From Paraspadella gotoi (lineage: Eukaryota; Animalia; Chaetognatha), in assembly GCA_051294375.1 (NCBI GenBank), contig CM119266.1, positions 5,969,431 to 6,033,430 of the forward strand: 64,000 bases of DNA, in the 5' to 3' direction. The translations under genes were made by a program, and so were the position numbers. The stretch's first letter is position 1. Every line of letters starts with the position of its first letter. Shown here in pieces: positions 1-11,280 of this stretch. Under the pieces are notes generated by a model, which was given only the letters and a program-made list of their open reading frames with translations, made no database searches and was not told the origin of the DNA.

Positions 1-133
1 TGGGTGTGTCCGACCTCGCCTTCAACGTCCTCGTCGTCGTCGGATTCGCGTGGACGAAATGTGTGGACGTCGGCGAATGCGAGATCGATGACGAGAGAGT
101 TGGGGACTTTGCCGTCTTCGTCTATGTCCTCAC
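1..133 (+). CDS. Class A (rhodopsin-like) GPCR, TM2-ECL1-start of TM3 exon (5' truncated by window edge)
   Basis: Frame from nt 3 reads GVSDLAFNVLVVVGFAWTKCVDVGECEIDDERVGDFAVFVYVLT, containing the TM2 (L)xxxDL motif. GT donor at 134, phase 2, matches the next exon. Confidence 0.8.
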
Positions 134-265
134 GTGAGAATGAAATGAATGTGTAATAAGTGTGATAAGTGTGGAAAGTGTGATAAGTGAAAGGTGTGCT
201 CGGAAGAAATTTAGAAGATAGTAAATTTTTTTTTTTAATCTATTTATCTTTAGTTTTTCTTTGAT

Positions 266-334
<69 letters not shown>
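266..334. repeat. (ATCT)n microsatellite in GPCR intron
   Basis: Perfect tetranucleotide run. Confidence 0.95.
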
Positions 335-479
335 TGTTTCCATCGATCAATTCATTTAGTAGCTATTTATGAAGGTACTTTTTAATTCATCTGTCAATTG
401 ATGTGAAAAGCAATTATTAATCTATAAAATAAATAAACTTAATATTTATAGTATTTAACATACAATCCAATTTCTTTAG

Positions 480-594
480 CTTCACCAACCGCCACCTCAC
501 GGCCTACATCGCCCTTCAACGCGCGCTGATCGTTTCGTTCCCTCTTCGCCGCTTCGGTGCTCCAAGTGGAAGGAATTTGCACGTCCCGCCGAAA
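480..594 (+). CDS. GPCR exon, TM3-ICL2
   Basis: Acceptor TTTAG at 475-479. Reads (T)FTNRHLTAYIALQRALIVSFPLRRFGAPSGRNLHVPPK, with QRA in the DRY position followed by xxVxxPL. GT donor at 595, phase 0. Confidence 0.82.
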
Positions 595-945
595 GTAATA
601 TGGACGTATGGATAAAGGGACCGATACACAAATTCTAGCCATATTCACAGAGATTTACAGACAGACAAATAGACTCCCAAAGTAAGATGGACATACAGAT
701 AAAGGGACTGTTACACAAATTCCCACCACATTCACAGATGGACAAATAGATGCCAAGAGTAAGATGGACATATGGATAAAGGGACTGTCACTCAAATTCC
801 AGCCACATTCACAGAGATTTACAGATGGACAAATAGATGCCGAGAGTAAGATGGACGTACGGATAAAGGGACTGTTACACAAATTCCAGCCACATTCACA
901 GAGATTTACAGAAGGACAAATAGACGCCAAGAGTAAGATGGATGT
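587..945 (+). repeat. Intronic tandem repeat, about 77-87 bp unit, about 4 copies, starting at the exon/donor junction
   Basis: Recurring GCC(G/A)A(A/G)A|GTAA(G/T)ATGGAC...GATAAAGGGAC...CACAAATTC...CACATTCACAGAGATTTACAGA. Confidence 0.9.
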
Positions 946-950
946 TATAG

Positions 951-1200
951 CAACAGCCGAGTTGCCGGTGATGCCCATTGGGATGGGGCATCTCACTGTT
1001 GGCTTTTGGGGCTTCCGACCCTCAGTGATGCCTCCTGTCACTGGCGCGGTTACTCTAGGATGGTCTCGTTTTGCCAACACAGAGGGAAGTTGTTAGTTCT
1101 ATGGATGGAATGCAACGTTTAGAATGGTGCGTTCCCCCTCTGAGCCAATGGGATTGGCTGATCGAAGGTGGATGTGAGGCGGTGTGAATATACCACCACA
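951..1200 (-). mobile_element. About 250 bp structured dispersed repeat carrying a twister motif, copy 1
   Basis: Closely similar to 1949-2193 and 2421-2632. Contains several hairpins: GATGCCC..GGGCATC, GCCAAT-GGG-ATTGGC, GGCGGT..ACC(G/A)CC. Confidence 0.7.
997..1079 (-). ncRNA. Twister ribozyme motif, P5-type permutation (degenerate), copy 1
   Basis: Minus strand: UGUUGGC AAA ACGA G A CCA uccuagag UAA CCGC GC CAGUGA caggaggca UCACUG A GGG UCGG AAGC CCC AAAA GCCAACA. Predicted U^A cut between 1052 and 1051. Confidence 0.72.
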
Positions 1201-1399
1201 ACATATGGATAAAGGGACCAATACACAAACTCTTGCCACATTCACAGAAAAAGATGAAGCTACTACAAACCTACTAACATAAATAATAAATAACAGACGG
1301 AAAAAATGAAGCTGGAAACTATGACTGAAGATTAAAAAGACACAGACTTACAGACAACCATTTCTCAAATTCCCCTCATTCACTCCCAATTTACAAAAG

Positions 1400-1629
1400 G
1401 GCCGTGATCGTCTACGCCATCTTCTCATCTGGGGTGTGGCCCCGATGATCATACTCGGCCTCATTCTTGGGCTGTTACGGCGCCGCCTCATCGTCGGCGA
1501 GGTGCGGCGTCATGAGGACTTTTGGGCGCGCATATTTTTCTTCTTTTCCTTGACGCTGATTCTGTCGTGGACCCTGGTAGTCGCCTGTAGCGCTGCGGTC
1601 GTCGTGTGGAAGACGAGAGGAATGAGCAG
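1400..1629 (+). CDS. GPCR exon, TM4-TM5
   Basis: AG at 1398-1399. Reads GRDRLRHLLIWGVAPMIILGLILG...RIFFFFSLTLILSWTLVVACSAAVVVWKTRGMS, with two hydrophobic helices and the TM4 Trp. Donor at 1630, phase 2. Confidence 0.8.
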
Positions 1630-1948
1630 GTAGTGGTTTTAAAGATTAAGTTTTAAAGTTGGCTTTTAATTCAGGATAATAAATATGTGGGAAAAGGCAT
1701 TGATTTAATGTCTCAAAAAATTAAAAAATATCCAAATGAAACTACCGTTGTTGCAAATAAACCAATATTTACTCTTTCCCTCTAAATATCCAAAATACAC
1801 TTCTTCAAAACTTCCAAGAAGATCTAATCAAAAGATACAAAAAGTAATTAAATGTGCGTCAATATGCAAATGAGATTAAAGAATTCAGTCTGTAACATGC
1901 TAATACAAATCGAATGTTAATTATGCAATGAAATAGGTCACTTTATGG

Positions 1949-2193
1949 CAACAGCCGGGTTGCCTGTTATGCCCATTGAGATGGGGCATCTCAAAGTTGG
2001 CTTTGGGGCTTCCAACCCTCAGTGATGCCTCATGTCACTGGCGCAGTTAACCTAGAACGGTCTCGCTTTGCCAACACAGAGGGAAGTCGTTAGGACTGTG
2101 GATAGAACGCAATGCTTGGGATGGTGCGTTCCCCCTCTGAGCCAATGGGATTGGCTGATGATGGATGTGAGGCGGTGAGAATATACCGCCACA
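1949..2193 (-). mobile_element. Twister-bearing dispersed repeat, copy 2
   Basis: Collinear similarity to copy 1. Confidence 0.7.
1996..2075 (-). ncRNA. Twister ribozyme motif, P5-type, copy 2
   Basis: Minus strand: GUUGGC AAA GCGA G A CCG uucuaggu UAA CUGC GC CAGUGA..UCACUG A GGG UUGG AAGC CCC AAA GCCAAC. Predicted cut between 2049 and 2048. Confidence 0.75.
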
Positions 2194-2420
2194 GGAACCC
2201 CAGGTCAAGACATCACTCAGGTTCTCCAGGCCTGAGAGGTTTCTGACAAGACTGTTACCATAGAGGGAGAGAGAGAGAACGGGAGATGAGGGGGCATAGG
2301 CATTTGCCATAGAGTACCCCAGGGGCATAGGCGTTTGTTGTAGAGTACCTGAAGTTGGCAGGGCATAGGTGTTTGTTGTAGCGTACCCTGAGAAGGTAGT
2401 AGTGCTCACCACTTATGGAA

Positions 2421-2632
2421 ATAGCCGAGTTGCCTGTGATGCTCATTTGGATGGGGCATCTCACATTTGGCTTTGGGGGCTTCTGACCCTCAGTGACGAC
2501 TCCTGTCACTGGCGCGGTTACCCTAGGACGGTCTCGTTTTGCCAACACAGGGAAGTCGTAAGGACTGTGGGATGGTGCCTTCCCCCTCTGAGCCAATGGG
2601 ATTGGCTGAACGATGATGGATGTGGGGCGGTA
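2421..2632 (-). mobile_element. Twister-bearing dispersed repeat, copy 3 (internal deletion)
   Basis: Collinear similarity to copies 1 and 2; lacks the GAACGCAATGCTT segment. Confidence 0.7.
2466..2546 (-). ncRNA. Twister ribozyme motif, P5-type, copy 3
   Basis: Minus strand: UUGGC AAA ACGA G A CCG uccuaggg UAA CCGC GC CAGUGAC aggaguc GUCACUG A GGG UCAG AAGC CCC CAAA GCCAA. Predicted cut between 2520 and 2519. Confidence 0.7.
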
Positions 2633-2738
2633 TTGAAGATATACTATATTATATTCTTAATGGCTGGAGTAAGTTTCTATATTTAGATAATAAAGCACCC
2701 TCCAACCTCCCGCTACCCACGTTACTCCCTCCCTCCAG

Positions 2739-3108
2739 TCGTAAATCCCGCGGCGAAGAAGTCCAACTTATGGTGGCGTCGGTGGCGGTGGAGTTCGTCG
2801 TCTGCCACGCCCCCCTCGTGGCCAAAATGTTGATGCACCTCTTCGTCGACGACCAACTGGAGGCGTTGGAGAAGATCTCCAACTTCTTTGAAGTCTTCAC
2901 CACTTCCGTCAATCTCTTCCTCTACCTTTTGGTCGGGAAGAGATTTCGAGGGGCCTTCGTCGAGATGATGGGGTGCGGACGGTGGAGCGGGGTGGAAGGG
3001 GGGCGGGGTGTTGATGGTGAAAAGTTGAGGAAGGTGTCGGGGAAGATGGAAAAGGCGGGGCTGGAGTTAGAGTTGAAATCTAAAGCGAATAAATCTTTGC
3101 CAGTTTAA
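2739..3108 (+). CDS. GPCR terminal exon, TM6-TM7-helix 8 (FMRFamide/sex-peptide-receptor-like or Srw-like lineage)
   Basis: CAG acceptor at 2736-2738, phase 2. Contains FVVCHAP (FxxCWxP-like), SVNLFLY (NPxxY-like), KRFR helix 8 and a downstream Cys. Stop TAA at 3106-3108. Confidence 0.85.
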
Positions 3109-4389
3109 CCATGTTGTTGTTCTTTTTTTTTTATCGGCTAATGGTTTTTGTAGAAAATTTCATAAAAGTGATATAATAATGATAAAAACTCCATTACTTT
3201 TTCCAAACTGATTCCAAATTTTCTTTTTACTTTAATATCTACCGTACTCTACTGGCAGTCAAAACTTCATCGTTAAACCTTTTCAGCCCCGCTGTTCATT
3301 TCTTAAACTAAAAAATCTCGGAAAACTTTAGAGGAAAGTGACATCTACCGTCCGACGTTAGATAACTAGGTGCGTCACTATAACAAAAACATTTTTTTAC
3401 GTATTTCCCTTTCATAAGCTTAGTGTACGCTTTATATGCTATTATAATATTTTATAGCAAAATACATAAAATCCTGCCTATTAACATCTTAGTGTTAAAA
3501 AAAAAAACGATTTAAAGGACACTAGTTATATTTATTGTAATAAGCACGTTGTACAATACACCGGAAAAAAAAAATTTCAATCATAACAAAAAATATTACA
3601 CATTCGAGCAAAAGATGACAATAATTCCATACAAAAACACGACTGTCATTTACAAAGAGAACAATATTTGTAGAAAATTTTAGAGTGTTAAATCGAAAGA
3701 AAACTGGTTTTAGCTCATTGTAATTAAAATACAGTATTACAAACGGGGGAAATTCATACAAAAACAAAAGATGCAATGTAGATGATATAAGTTAAGACAA
3801 AGACTAAGCGCTGTGAAATTCCGCAAACGTAAGGGGGCAGCAATGGGTGTGGCTTTGGGGTCAGAAAGGTATATAGGTAAGGGGAGGTAAGGCATTTGAA
3901 TTCAAAGTGAGTCACTGAAGGCACTAAATGGTAAGGCATTTTAAATGAATTGGAATACTACCGTTGGACACTAAATGATAAAATATCTTCAGATTAATGG
4001 AAATAATTACAATTAAAAACAGGCATTACAGTTAGGTTACTTTATGATGGAAAAATAAATAAGGCATGTATCGTAAAAGAAAGTTTGTCCGCTGCGGATT
4101 GCGCTCAAGGTAAGTAAGGAAAAAGACCGAAGGGGGCAGGAAAGGAAAATATCCAAAGTATCGTGAAACATGTGAGGTAAAGGGCATTAGGGCATTAGGG
4201 TATTAAGGCAGACAGATAGAAATTTATAAGGAAATAACATTTTTTTTTAAATAAATGCGGCACTGATTGGTGAGAAGTCTTACAGAAAGGCGTTCAAAAG
4301 TTTTGGGGGGTCACAAGGCGCCTGTTTCTTAACCTTTCTCTCTTTCTCGTTCTCCTTTTCTTTTTACATAATGTTTAACCACCTCCTCA

Positions 4390-5069
4390 TCACGTGACCT
4401 TAACCCCTCTCCTCATCCTCCTCCTCCCTCTCCTCCACCTCCTCCTCATCTCTGCCCTCGCTAACGATCTCCTGGTTCCGACGCCGGGAAAAATGTGGAC
4501 GACGTCGCCGGCGTGAATCACGGGATGACGCCGCGGCGCCGCCGCTGCCTCCGACGCTGCCGCTACCGACACCCCGCGCCTTCCGGAGATTCCCGGCGCG
4601 CCGCTCAGCGTAGCGCCGGGAGCGACGCTACGCGTGACGCGATTTCGCGCCATGGTATCGACGGTTGTTGTTGTCGGCTGCGGTTCCCGCGGCAGCTGCG
4701 GCGGCTGCGGCGGTGGCGGCGGGGAATCCATTCCCCACCAATCTTCGTCTGGCCAAACGGTTTCTCTTCTCGTCCTCTTTGTCGTCGTCGTCGTCGTCGA
4801 CTTCGTCGTCCTCGTCGTCTCCCTCGGTTCGTGGTGGCGTCTCGCGCGCCCTCTAGGATCCGGAACGCGAACGTAGGGCACCTCCGGCATTTGCGGGTAA
4901 GAGACGGGCGGGCGTGGACGGGCGGGGCCGCGAACGTAGGGCAAGGGGGCGCGGTTGACGTCGTCGTCGTCTGATGGGCGTGGCTCTGCGCCAATCGGAA
5001 GCGGTTCGAAGAGCCACGCCATGAATTTGGCGTAAGCGTCTTGGTTTTGGTCGAGCGTGACGTTGGCGC
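4390..5069 (-). CDS. CUB/mucin-like secreted protein, terminal exon (Pro/Thr-rich, Arg-rich C-terminus)
   Basis: CAG acceptor at 5070-5072, phase 1. Reads GANVTLDQNQDAYAKFMAWLFEPLP...EMRRRWRRGRRRMRRGVKVT*. GC-rich island within AT-rich flanks. Confidence 0.7.
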
Positions 5070-5306
5070 CTGTTGTGGAGTGGGGGAGTTTGTTTACATT
5101 TAATTCGTTAAAAATAAAAAGAATTAAATAGATAATCGAATAAATAAAAAATATATAAATAAATAAATAAATAAAGGATTTAATAAATAGATGAATAAAT
5201 AAACAAAAATAAAAATAAATAAGTAAATCACAAAAAAAAAAATAAATTAAATTAACATAAATAATTAATATTAGTAAACTAAATAATATATAATAAACAT
5301 TAAATA

Positions 5307-5341
<35 letters not shown>

Positions 5342-5367
5342 ACTAACTTAAATTAAATACTAATCAC

Positions 5368-5418
5368 CGGATATCGTATTAAGTTCCTTGATGAGTTCGT
5401 CGGTGACTTCGATCGATT
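5368..5418 (-). CDS. CUB/mucin-like protein, 51-nt exon
   Basis: AG/GT flanked, phase 1/1, reads ESIEVTDELIKELNTISG. Confidence 0.7.
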
Positions 5419-5649
5419 CTGGATTTTAAAACATATTAATTAATATTTAATTCGTTGTTGATAAATTATTCTTAAATTAATTTACAAAAAATAACAAAAG
5501 AACAACTATTCTTATAATTTATTAACTATTAGAAACAGAAAAGTTAATGATTTATCCATTGGATAAAACAAAACAAAACGAAATACTTAAGAAAAAAGAA
5601 TAATATAGTATAAATTATGAAATACGAAATGTTTACAAACAAAACTGAC

Positions 5650-6105
5650 CTCCGTCGTCCGGCGACGGCGACGGCGTCGTCGTCGTCGTCGTCCGCCGAT
5701 GCAGCGGCTGCCGACGCCGCTCCGGCAAACGACGCCGACTCTCCCGGTCCGGCGGCGGCGGCGTGAAATTCCGCCGTCGCGAGACAATCTCCTGTCGCCG
5801 GTCATCCGCGGCCGCTGCCGACGCCGCACCCGCCGCAGCCCGATCGATCTCTCTCCATCTCGTTCGATTAGGAGCGATGAGGTGAACGACGACGAGCGGC
5901 GGCCGACGAGGTCTTCCGGCCGCTGCCGGAGATTCCGGCTGCTTCAAGTAGCTGTAGCTCGATTGAGGATGGTCGGGCGGGGCTTGAACCGGCGGGGCTT
6001 GTCCGTCTCTGGGCGGCTTTGTCCGGCGGGGCTTGACGAGTCGGCGGCGAGCGGTCGGTCTTTGACCCGGCGGACGGGAATGTCTCGGTGGCGGAGAAGA
6101 TGATC
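5650..6105 (-). CDS. CUB/mucin-like protein, Arg/Pro-rich exon
   Basis: 456 nt, phase 1/1, open throughout (GSSSPPPRHSRPPG...TTTPSPSPDDG). Confidence 0.7.
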
Positions 6106-6889
6106 CTGAGAACGAATTAGTTTATTTATTCATTTATTTATTTATTTTTTTATTTACTTATTTATTTATTTATTTTTTATTCACTTATTTATTTCATTTA
6201 TTACTTATTTATTTATTTATTTTTTTATTTACTTTATTTATTTATTTATTACTTATTTACTTATTTATTTACTTTTTATTTACATCTCTCTCTCTTCTCT
6301 CTCTCTCCTCTCTCTCTCTCTCATTCTTTATCTCATTTTTTGTCAGTTGTGGCAGAAAAATTTAACCACTAAAAAAAATTATTTTTGATTCCCTAAATTC
6401 TTCGGTTGGAGAAAAAAAAAAATATTGATTCTCTCGTTAGGGAATGATTGATGAAGTTTCGTTCACAAGTTGATGAAGTTTCGTTCACAAGTTGGTTTCC
6501 CTCTCGTGTTACACGTTTTGAAAAAAAATAGTCGAATATAAATGATTATTCGGGGTTTTTTTTTAAATTGTTTCTTTTTTCTCTTGATTTTTATCATATC
6601 TAGTTTTGTCGGATGTAAATGAAATTTTATATAGTTAGAATTAAATCTGGTTGTACTTTACTGACATCTAAATATTAAAATGATCTTAATAATTCTCGAA
6701 CTCTTTTAAATAATTACCTTAAATAAAGTTTGATTTTTTTTTTACTTAAAAAATTAACCAAAACACAGTCATTACCTGCGAAAAACTGAACTTAATATAA
6801 AAAAAAGAAGCAGCTGACATCAACCACTGATTACCTTTCAAAATGTCGTCAAATTAAATTTTTTTTGTGAAACATCCTAGATGTCTCTG

Positions 6890-6927
<38 letters not shown>

Positions 6928-7188
6928 ACTTCCCTCTCTCTCTCACGGCGTAAATGAAGCTCAGATCATTAACTTGTCTTTCAGTTGTCGAAAGAATTTG
7001 GCCAAAATAACTTGTTTATTCGTGTTTTTGACGTTTTCCTTTGCAAAAACATACTTTTCACTAAAAAAAAAAGAAAAGAAAAAAAGATTCATCCGGACGA
7101 AATGAAGACTCGAACGGACAGATTGACTGATCGGGAACAATCACATAAAATCGAAATTTGGCAAGTATCTGTCAGAGTAAATCCGGCC

Positions 7189-7229
<41 letters not shown>

Positions 7230-7463
7230 GAGACATAAAATCCATCTTTTTTTCCTTGTTTTTTTTTTATTGTTTTCTTTTTCCTGTTTTTTCTGTTTTC
7301 TTTTTTCTCTCCCCCTCCCGAGACTCCTTTACATCAGATCGATCCCCTCCCTAGCGACCGGTGAGTGGCCTTTCCAAAAAATTCGCAGAAAATTTCAAAA
7401 ATGCAAAACAAAAACATTTTCTTTTTCTTTTAAAAAAAAATGGGAGAAAGAAAAAAAATTAAA

Positions 7464-7507
<44 letters not shown>

Positions 7508-8077
7508 TCTTCTCTCTCTCTCTCTCTCTCGCTCTCTTTCTCAGTTTCTCATGTTTTTTTTTAACTTCCAGTCTTTAGAAAAAAAATATTTTCTTTCTGC
7601 AAAAGAAGCTATAAAATCTATTAAAAGGTTTTTAAGGCTTAAACATCTGAAGTAATAAATCTAATCTCGTACTTCTTAGTTTCCGTTGTTGTTATTTTTA
7701 TTTTCTTTTTTTTTATAGTTGAAACTTTCACAGAATATTTTTTGCTTGTTTTTAGCAGTTTGAATAAGTCGTGATTCCTAACGAATCTTGCCTTCCGAGT
7801 CCTGACTTTTGACAATGATAACATAATGGAACCCTGCAAGCTTTTTTTGAAGACTTTCTCCCAGTCCAAGTTTATTACCTCCCAATTATGAAGTTTTATA
7901 ATGTTTTATTAATGTTTTAGTCGTTGTAGAAATGTTAATTAAGGTCAATATGTTTTTTTTATTACACTCAATACACGTTATATCATTTTACATATCATTT
8001 ACATTACATTAAATATTAATTTGTATTACTTTTTTAAAATATTTCATCTCTTCATCATTATTACACGTACAACTCAC

Positions 8078-9025
8078 CTCTTCCTCTCCCCTCTGTCCGC
8101 ATCGACTCGGACGAAAACTCGGTCGGACTCAGAGTTTCTGTCCGTACGGGGAACAACTCGTACTCCTCCTCCTCCTCCTCCTCCTCCTCCTCCTCCTCTT
8201 CCCCCCAATCCGTTCCCCAGTTCGAATCCCAACCAAATGGATCGTCGGCAGCTTCGTCGTACATGGCCAAGTCTGTCGGTGTTGCCGACGCAGTTGCCGG
8301 TGTAGTGGGCGAAGGGGTTGCCGACGCTGTTGCCGAGGCGGTGGATGACGCAGTTGCCGACGCAGTTGTCGGGACAGAAGCGGTTGCCGACGCAGTTGCC
8401 GACGCAGTTGAGGATTCCATCTTCGATCCTTCGGTCGTCGGATTGGAGGAAGAAGACGAGGAAGAAGTGGAGGGAGTTGGAGACGAGGACGATAGAGAGC
8501 GAGACGTAGCGGAGGAGGAAGTGGAATCGGAGGAAGAGGACGAGGAGAGGGAGTTAGGGAGGGAAGGAGAAGTGGGGGAGGAAGAGAGAGAATGAGTTTC
8601 CGTCGAAAATTCGAGTTTTTTCTGCGACGTCATTGGAATGTGAGGAAGTTGACGAGGAGTCACTTTGAAGGAGGGAGAGGGAGAGGTTGGAGAGGGAGAC
8701 GAAGAGGGAGAGGGAGACGAAGAGGGAGAGGGAGACGAAGAGGGAGAGAGAGACGAAGATGGAGAGGGAGTGGAGGACGAAAGAGAGGAGGTAGAGAAGG
8801 AGGATTGAGTGGCTGAGGTCATAAACGAGTTTGGAATTGTCTCTCTCTCCATTGACGCCGTCTCTGTTTGTATCGGCACCGTCTCTGTCTCTATAGACGC
8901 CGTCTCTGTCTGAATCGGCACCGTCTCTGTCTCTATAGACGCCGTCTCCGTCTCTATCGGCGCCCTCTCCGTCTCTGTCGCATTGGACGTAGCATAGTCT
9001 TCGGAGAGCAGCGTCGTCGTAATAA

Positions 9026-9061
<36 letters not shown>

Positions 9062-10103
9062 TGGAGATGAAATGTTTAAAAATATCTTTAATTATTTCGA
9101 TCGTTGAAGAAGATTTCGTCGTCGTCATCGTCGTCGTCGTCGTTGCCATCGGCGTCTCTTTCGTCGTCATCGTCGTCGTCGATTCCGTTCTATCGCTAGA
9201 TGTCCCTGCTTCGACCGACGCCGTCGATGTTGACGTCATTTTCGGCGTCGCTTTTGACGTCGCTTCCGGCGTCGGCGGCGTCACAGTCCCCAATCTGGCG
9301 AGACCTCTGACGGCGCCTCTCGACGGACGCTGAAAGACGTATCCGTCCGGCGATGGAACGATGGCTCCGCTGCCGCTGACGCCGCCGCCGCTGACGCCGC
9401 CGCTGACGCCGCCGACGCTGCCGTCATCTCCCACGAAATCTCTCTCTTCCGGAATTGAATTCGTCTCTAGCGCCGCCGCTTGTTCCAACGGACGCGGCGC
9501 CGCTGGCGGTAATTCTCCCCCGCCGATCGTCCTAATCGGCGCCGCCGTCGCCGTCAATTCGAAACCGGCGTCGATCGTCGATCTTAACAGCGCCGCTTCG
9601 ATCGAGACGAACTCTTCGAATTCCATCGGCGCCGGAAGTCCGTCGGCGCCGCAAAAAAACGCCGCTGGCGCCGCTCCGCCGGTTCGGCGGTACCGCCCCG
9701 TCGCGCCCGTGGAAATCGTCGGCGCCGTACAGTTGAAGAACCGGAGTCCGTCGCGACATCGTCCTCGAGCGCGCGGCGCCGAAAACGACGCCGATACGAA
9801 TTGAAGACGAATGAGGCGGCGCGGCAGGGCGCGCAGCTGGAAGGAGCAGCGGAGATTGCGGCGTCGGTCGCCGAAGCCGCGTAGCGTGTAATGGACGAAG
9901 TCGCGTAGCGCGATTGTGGAGGAGAAGGAGGAGGTGGAGGAGGAGGAGGAAGAGGATGTGAGGGAGGAACAGGTAAGCGGGGAAGAGTGGGTAAGGAAAG
10001 AGGTGGGGTTAGGGGGAGTGTAGCGAAGGTAAGTCACGCCGTTTCGCGTGACGGCGTCTTCCAGTAAGGAACGCGGCTTGCAGCGAACAGGGACGGCTTT
10101 GAC
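8078..10103 (-). CDS. CUB/mucin-like protein, large exon: second CUB-like domain, Ser/Thr-rich mucin stalk, poly-Asp and poly-Glu
   Basis: Includes the 658-aa ORF. CUB-like pattern CSFQLRALP..IRLQF...C.D.L.F...FCG..LP...GFEL. CCCAG acceptor (phase 0) and GTGAGT donor (phase 1). Confidence 0.8.
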
Positions 10104-10854
10104 CTGGGATGAGAAAGAGGGTTGAGTACAAAAATCTAATTTGCATATTGTAGTTAATTACTAAAAGGAGGATTATTTTGTAAAAAAAACGTATAGAAAA
10201 AACTAATCCGCCTAAACGTAATGATGTTTTAATTTCGCGATTTGATTTCTAGATTCACCGATAGATGGCGATAAAACCAAGTATAACAGAATTTGCAATG
10301 GGTATATAATATTGCAACACAAAAAACTTTTACGTTTCACAGTGCAAATTTAGAAATTGCAACTCCTTTGATAATACTTTTATAACGTTTATAACGTTTC
10401 TGAAACGTTACTAGTTGTTGCTGATATCGTTCCTGTCTTTTTACTTTGTAATTGATAATATCGTTATTGTTTTTAATAAAAAAAATATTAATTGTTATAT
10501 TGTCATTATGTTATTTTAGTCACGTTTAGTCATTACGTCATTACGTCATTTTACGTCATTTATGTCATTTTAGTCAAGTTTGGTCCTTTTCTGTCATTTT
10601 ATTTAATTTATGTCATTTAAAAAAAATATTTTTATATTGTTATTGTTATATTCATATATATTTATATCCATTTTAAACGTTAATGTTTTTTTGATTTTGT
10701 TAAATTTTATGAGTTTAATTTTTACATGTTTATCGTTTTCCAGTCTTTTACTCTGTCACTGTTTTACATTATATGTTAATACTGTTTTTGGTATTAATAA
10801 AATAAAAAAAAAATAAAAAAAAATTGCTTCGCTGCTGATCACGATTTTTAATCT

Positions 10855-11130
10855 CCACGCCACGACCCCAAATCTCTTTATCTCCATAATAAATCCCCTC
10901 ACCTCGATCTTAAATCTCCTCACCTCCGTAATAAATCTCCTCACCTTGCTCTTGAATCCCCTCACCTCGATCTTAAATCTCCTCACCTCGATAATAAATC
11001 CCATCACCTCGATCTTAAATCTCCTCACCTCCGTAATAAATCTCCTCACCTTGATCTAGAATCCCCTCACCTCGATCTTAAATCTCCTCACCTCCATAAT
11101 AAATCCCCTCACCTCGATCTTAAATCCCTT
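10855..11130 (-). repeat. 21-bp tandem repeat built from the exon 3' end plus splice donor
   Basis: About 13 units of (A/G)GATTTA(A/T)(G/T)A..GAG|GTGAGG, beginning inside the exon. Confidence 0.9.
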
Positions 11131-11280
11131 CAGCGCGTCCTGGTGATCAGAGCTGAAGTCCACGGTGATCGTCCGATGTCGATGTCGAACCGGAAGAGGG
11201 CGGAACCGGTCGCAGTGCGCGGAGCTCGGAGACGACGGAACCGTGGCCGCCACAAGGGTCAGCGTGATCGCTGCTGGGCT
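11113..11280 (-). CDS. CUB/mucin-like protein, C-terminal part of first CUB-like domain
   Basis: Reads SPAAITLTLVAATVPSSPSSAHCD...TITVDFSSDHQDALKGFKIE, matching the CUB C-terminal VxFxSD....GF motif. Phase 0 donor joins the exon at 10103. Confidence 0.72.

Noticed and set aside
587-945. CRISPR-like array among the tandem repeats (also 10855-11130, 27515-27905)
   Set aside because: Units are contiguous degenerate repeats without unique spacers, the context is eukaryotic intron, and no cas genes are present.
2140-2200. CTGATGA between two hairpins as a plus-strand hammerhead
   Set aside because: There is no GAAA after stem II and no NUH triplet, and CTGATGA is not conserved in copies 1 and 3.
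655-2686. ORFs 655-1080, 764-1096, 2047-2412, 2255-2596, 2369-2686
   Set aside because: They fall in intronic repeats, and their frames are not conserved among copies.
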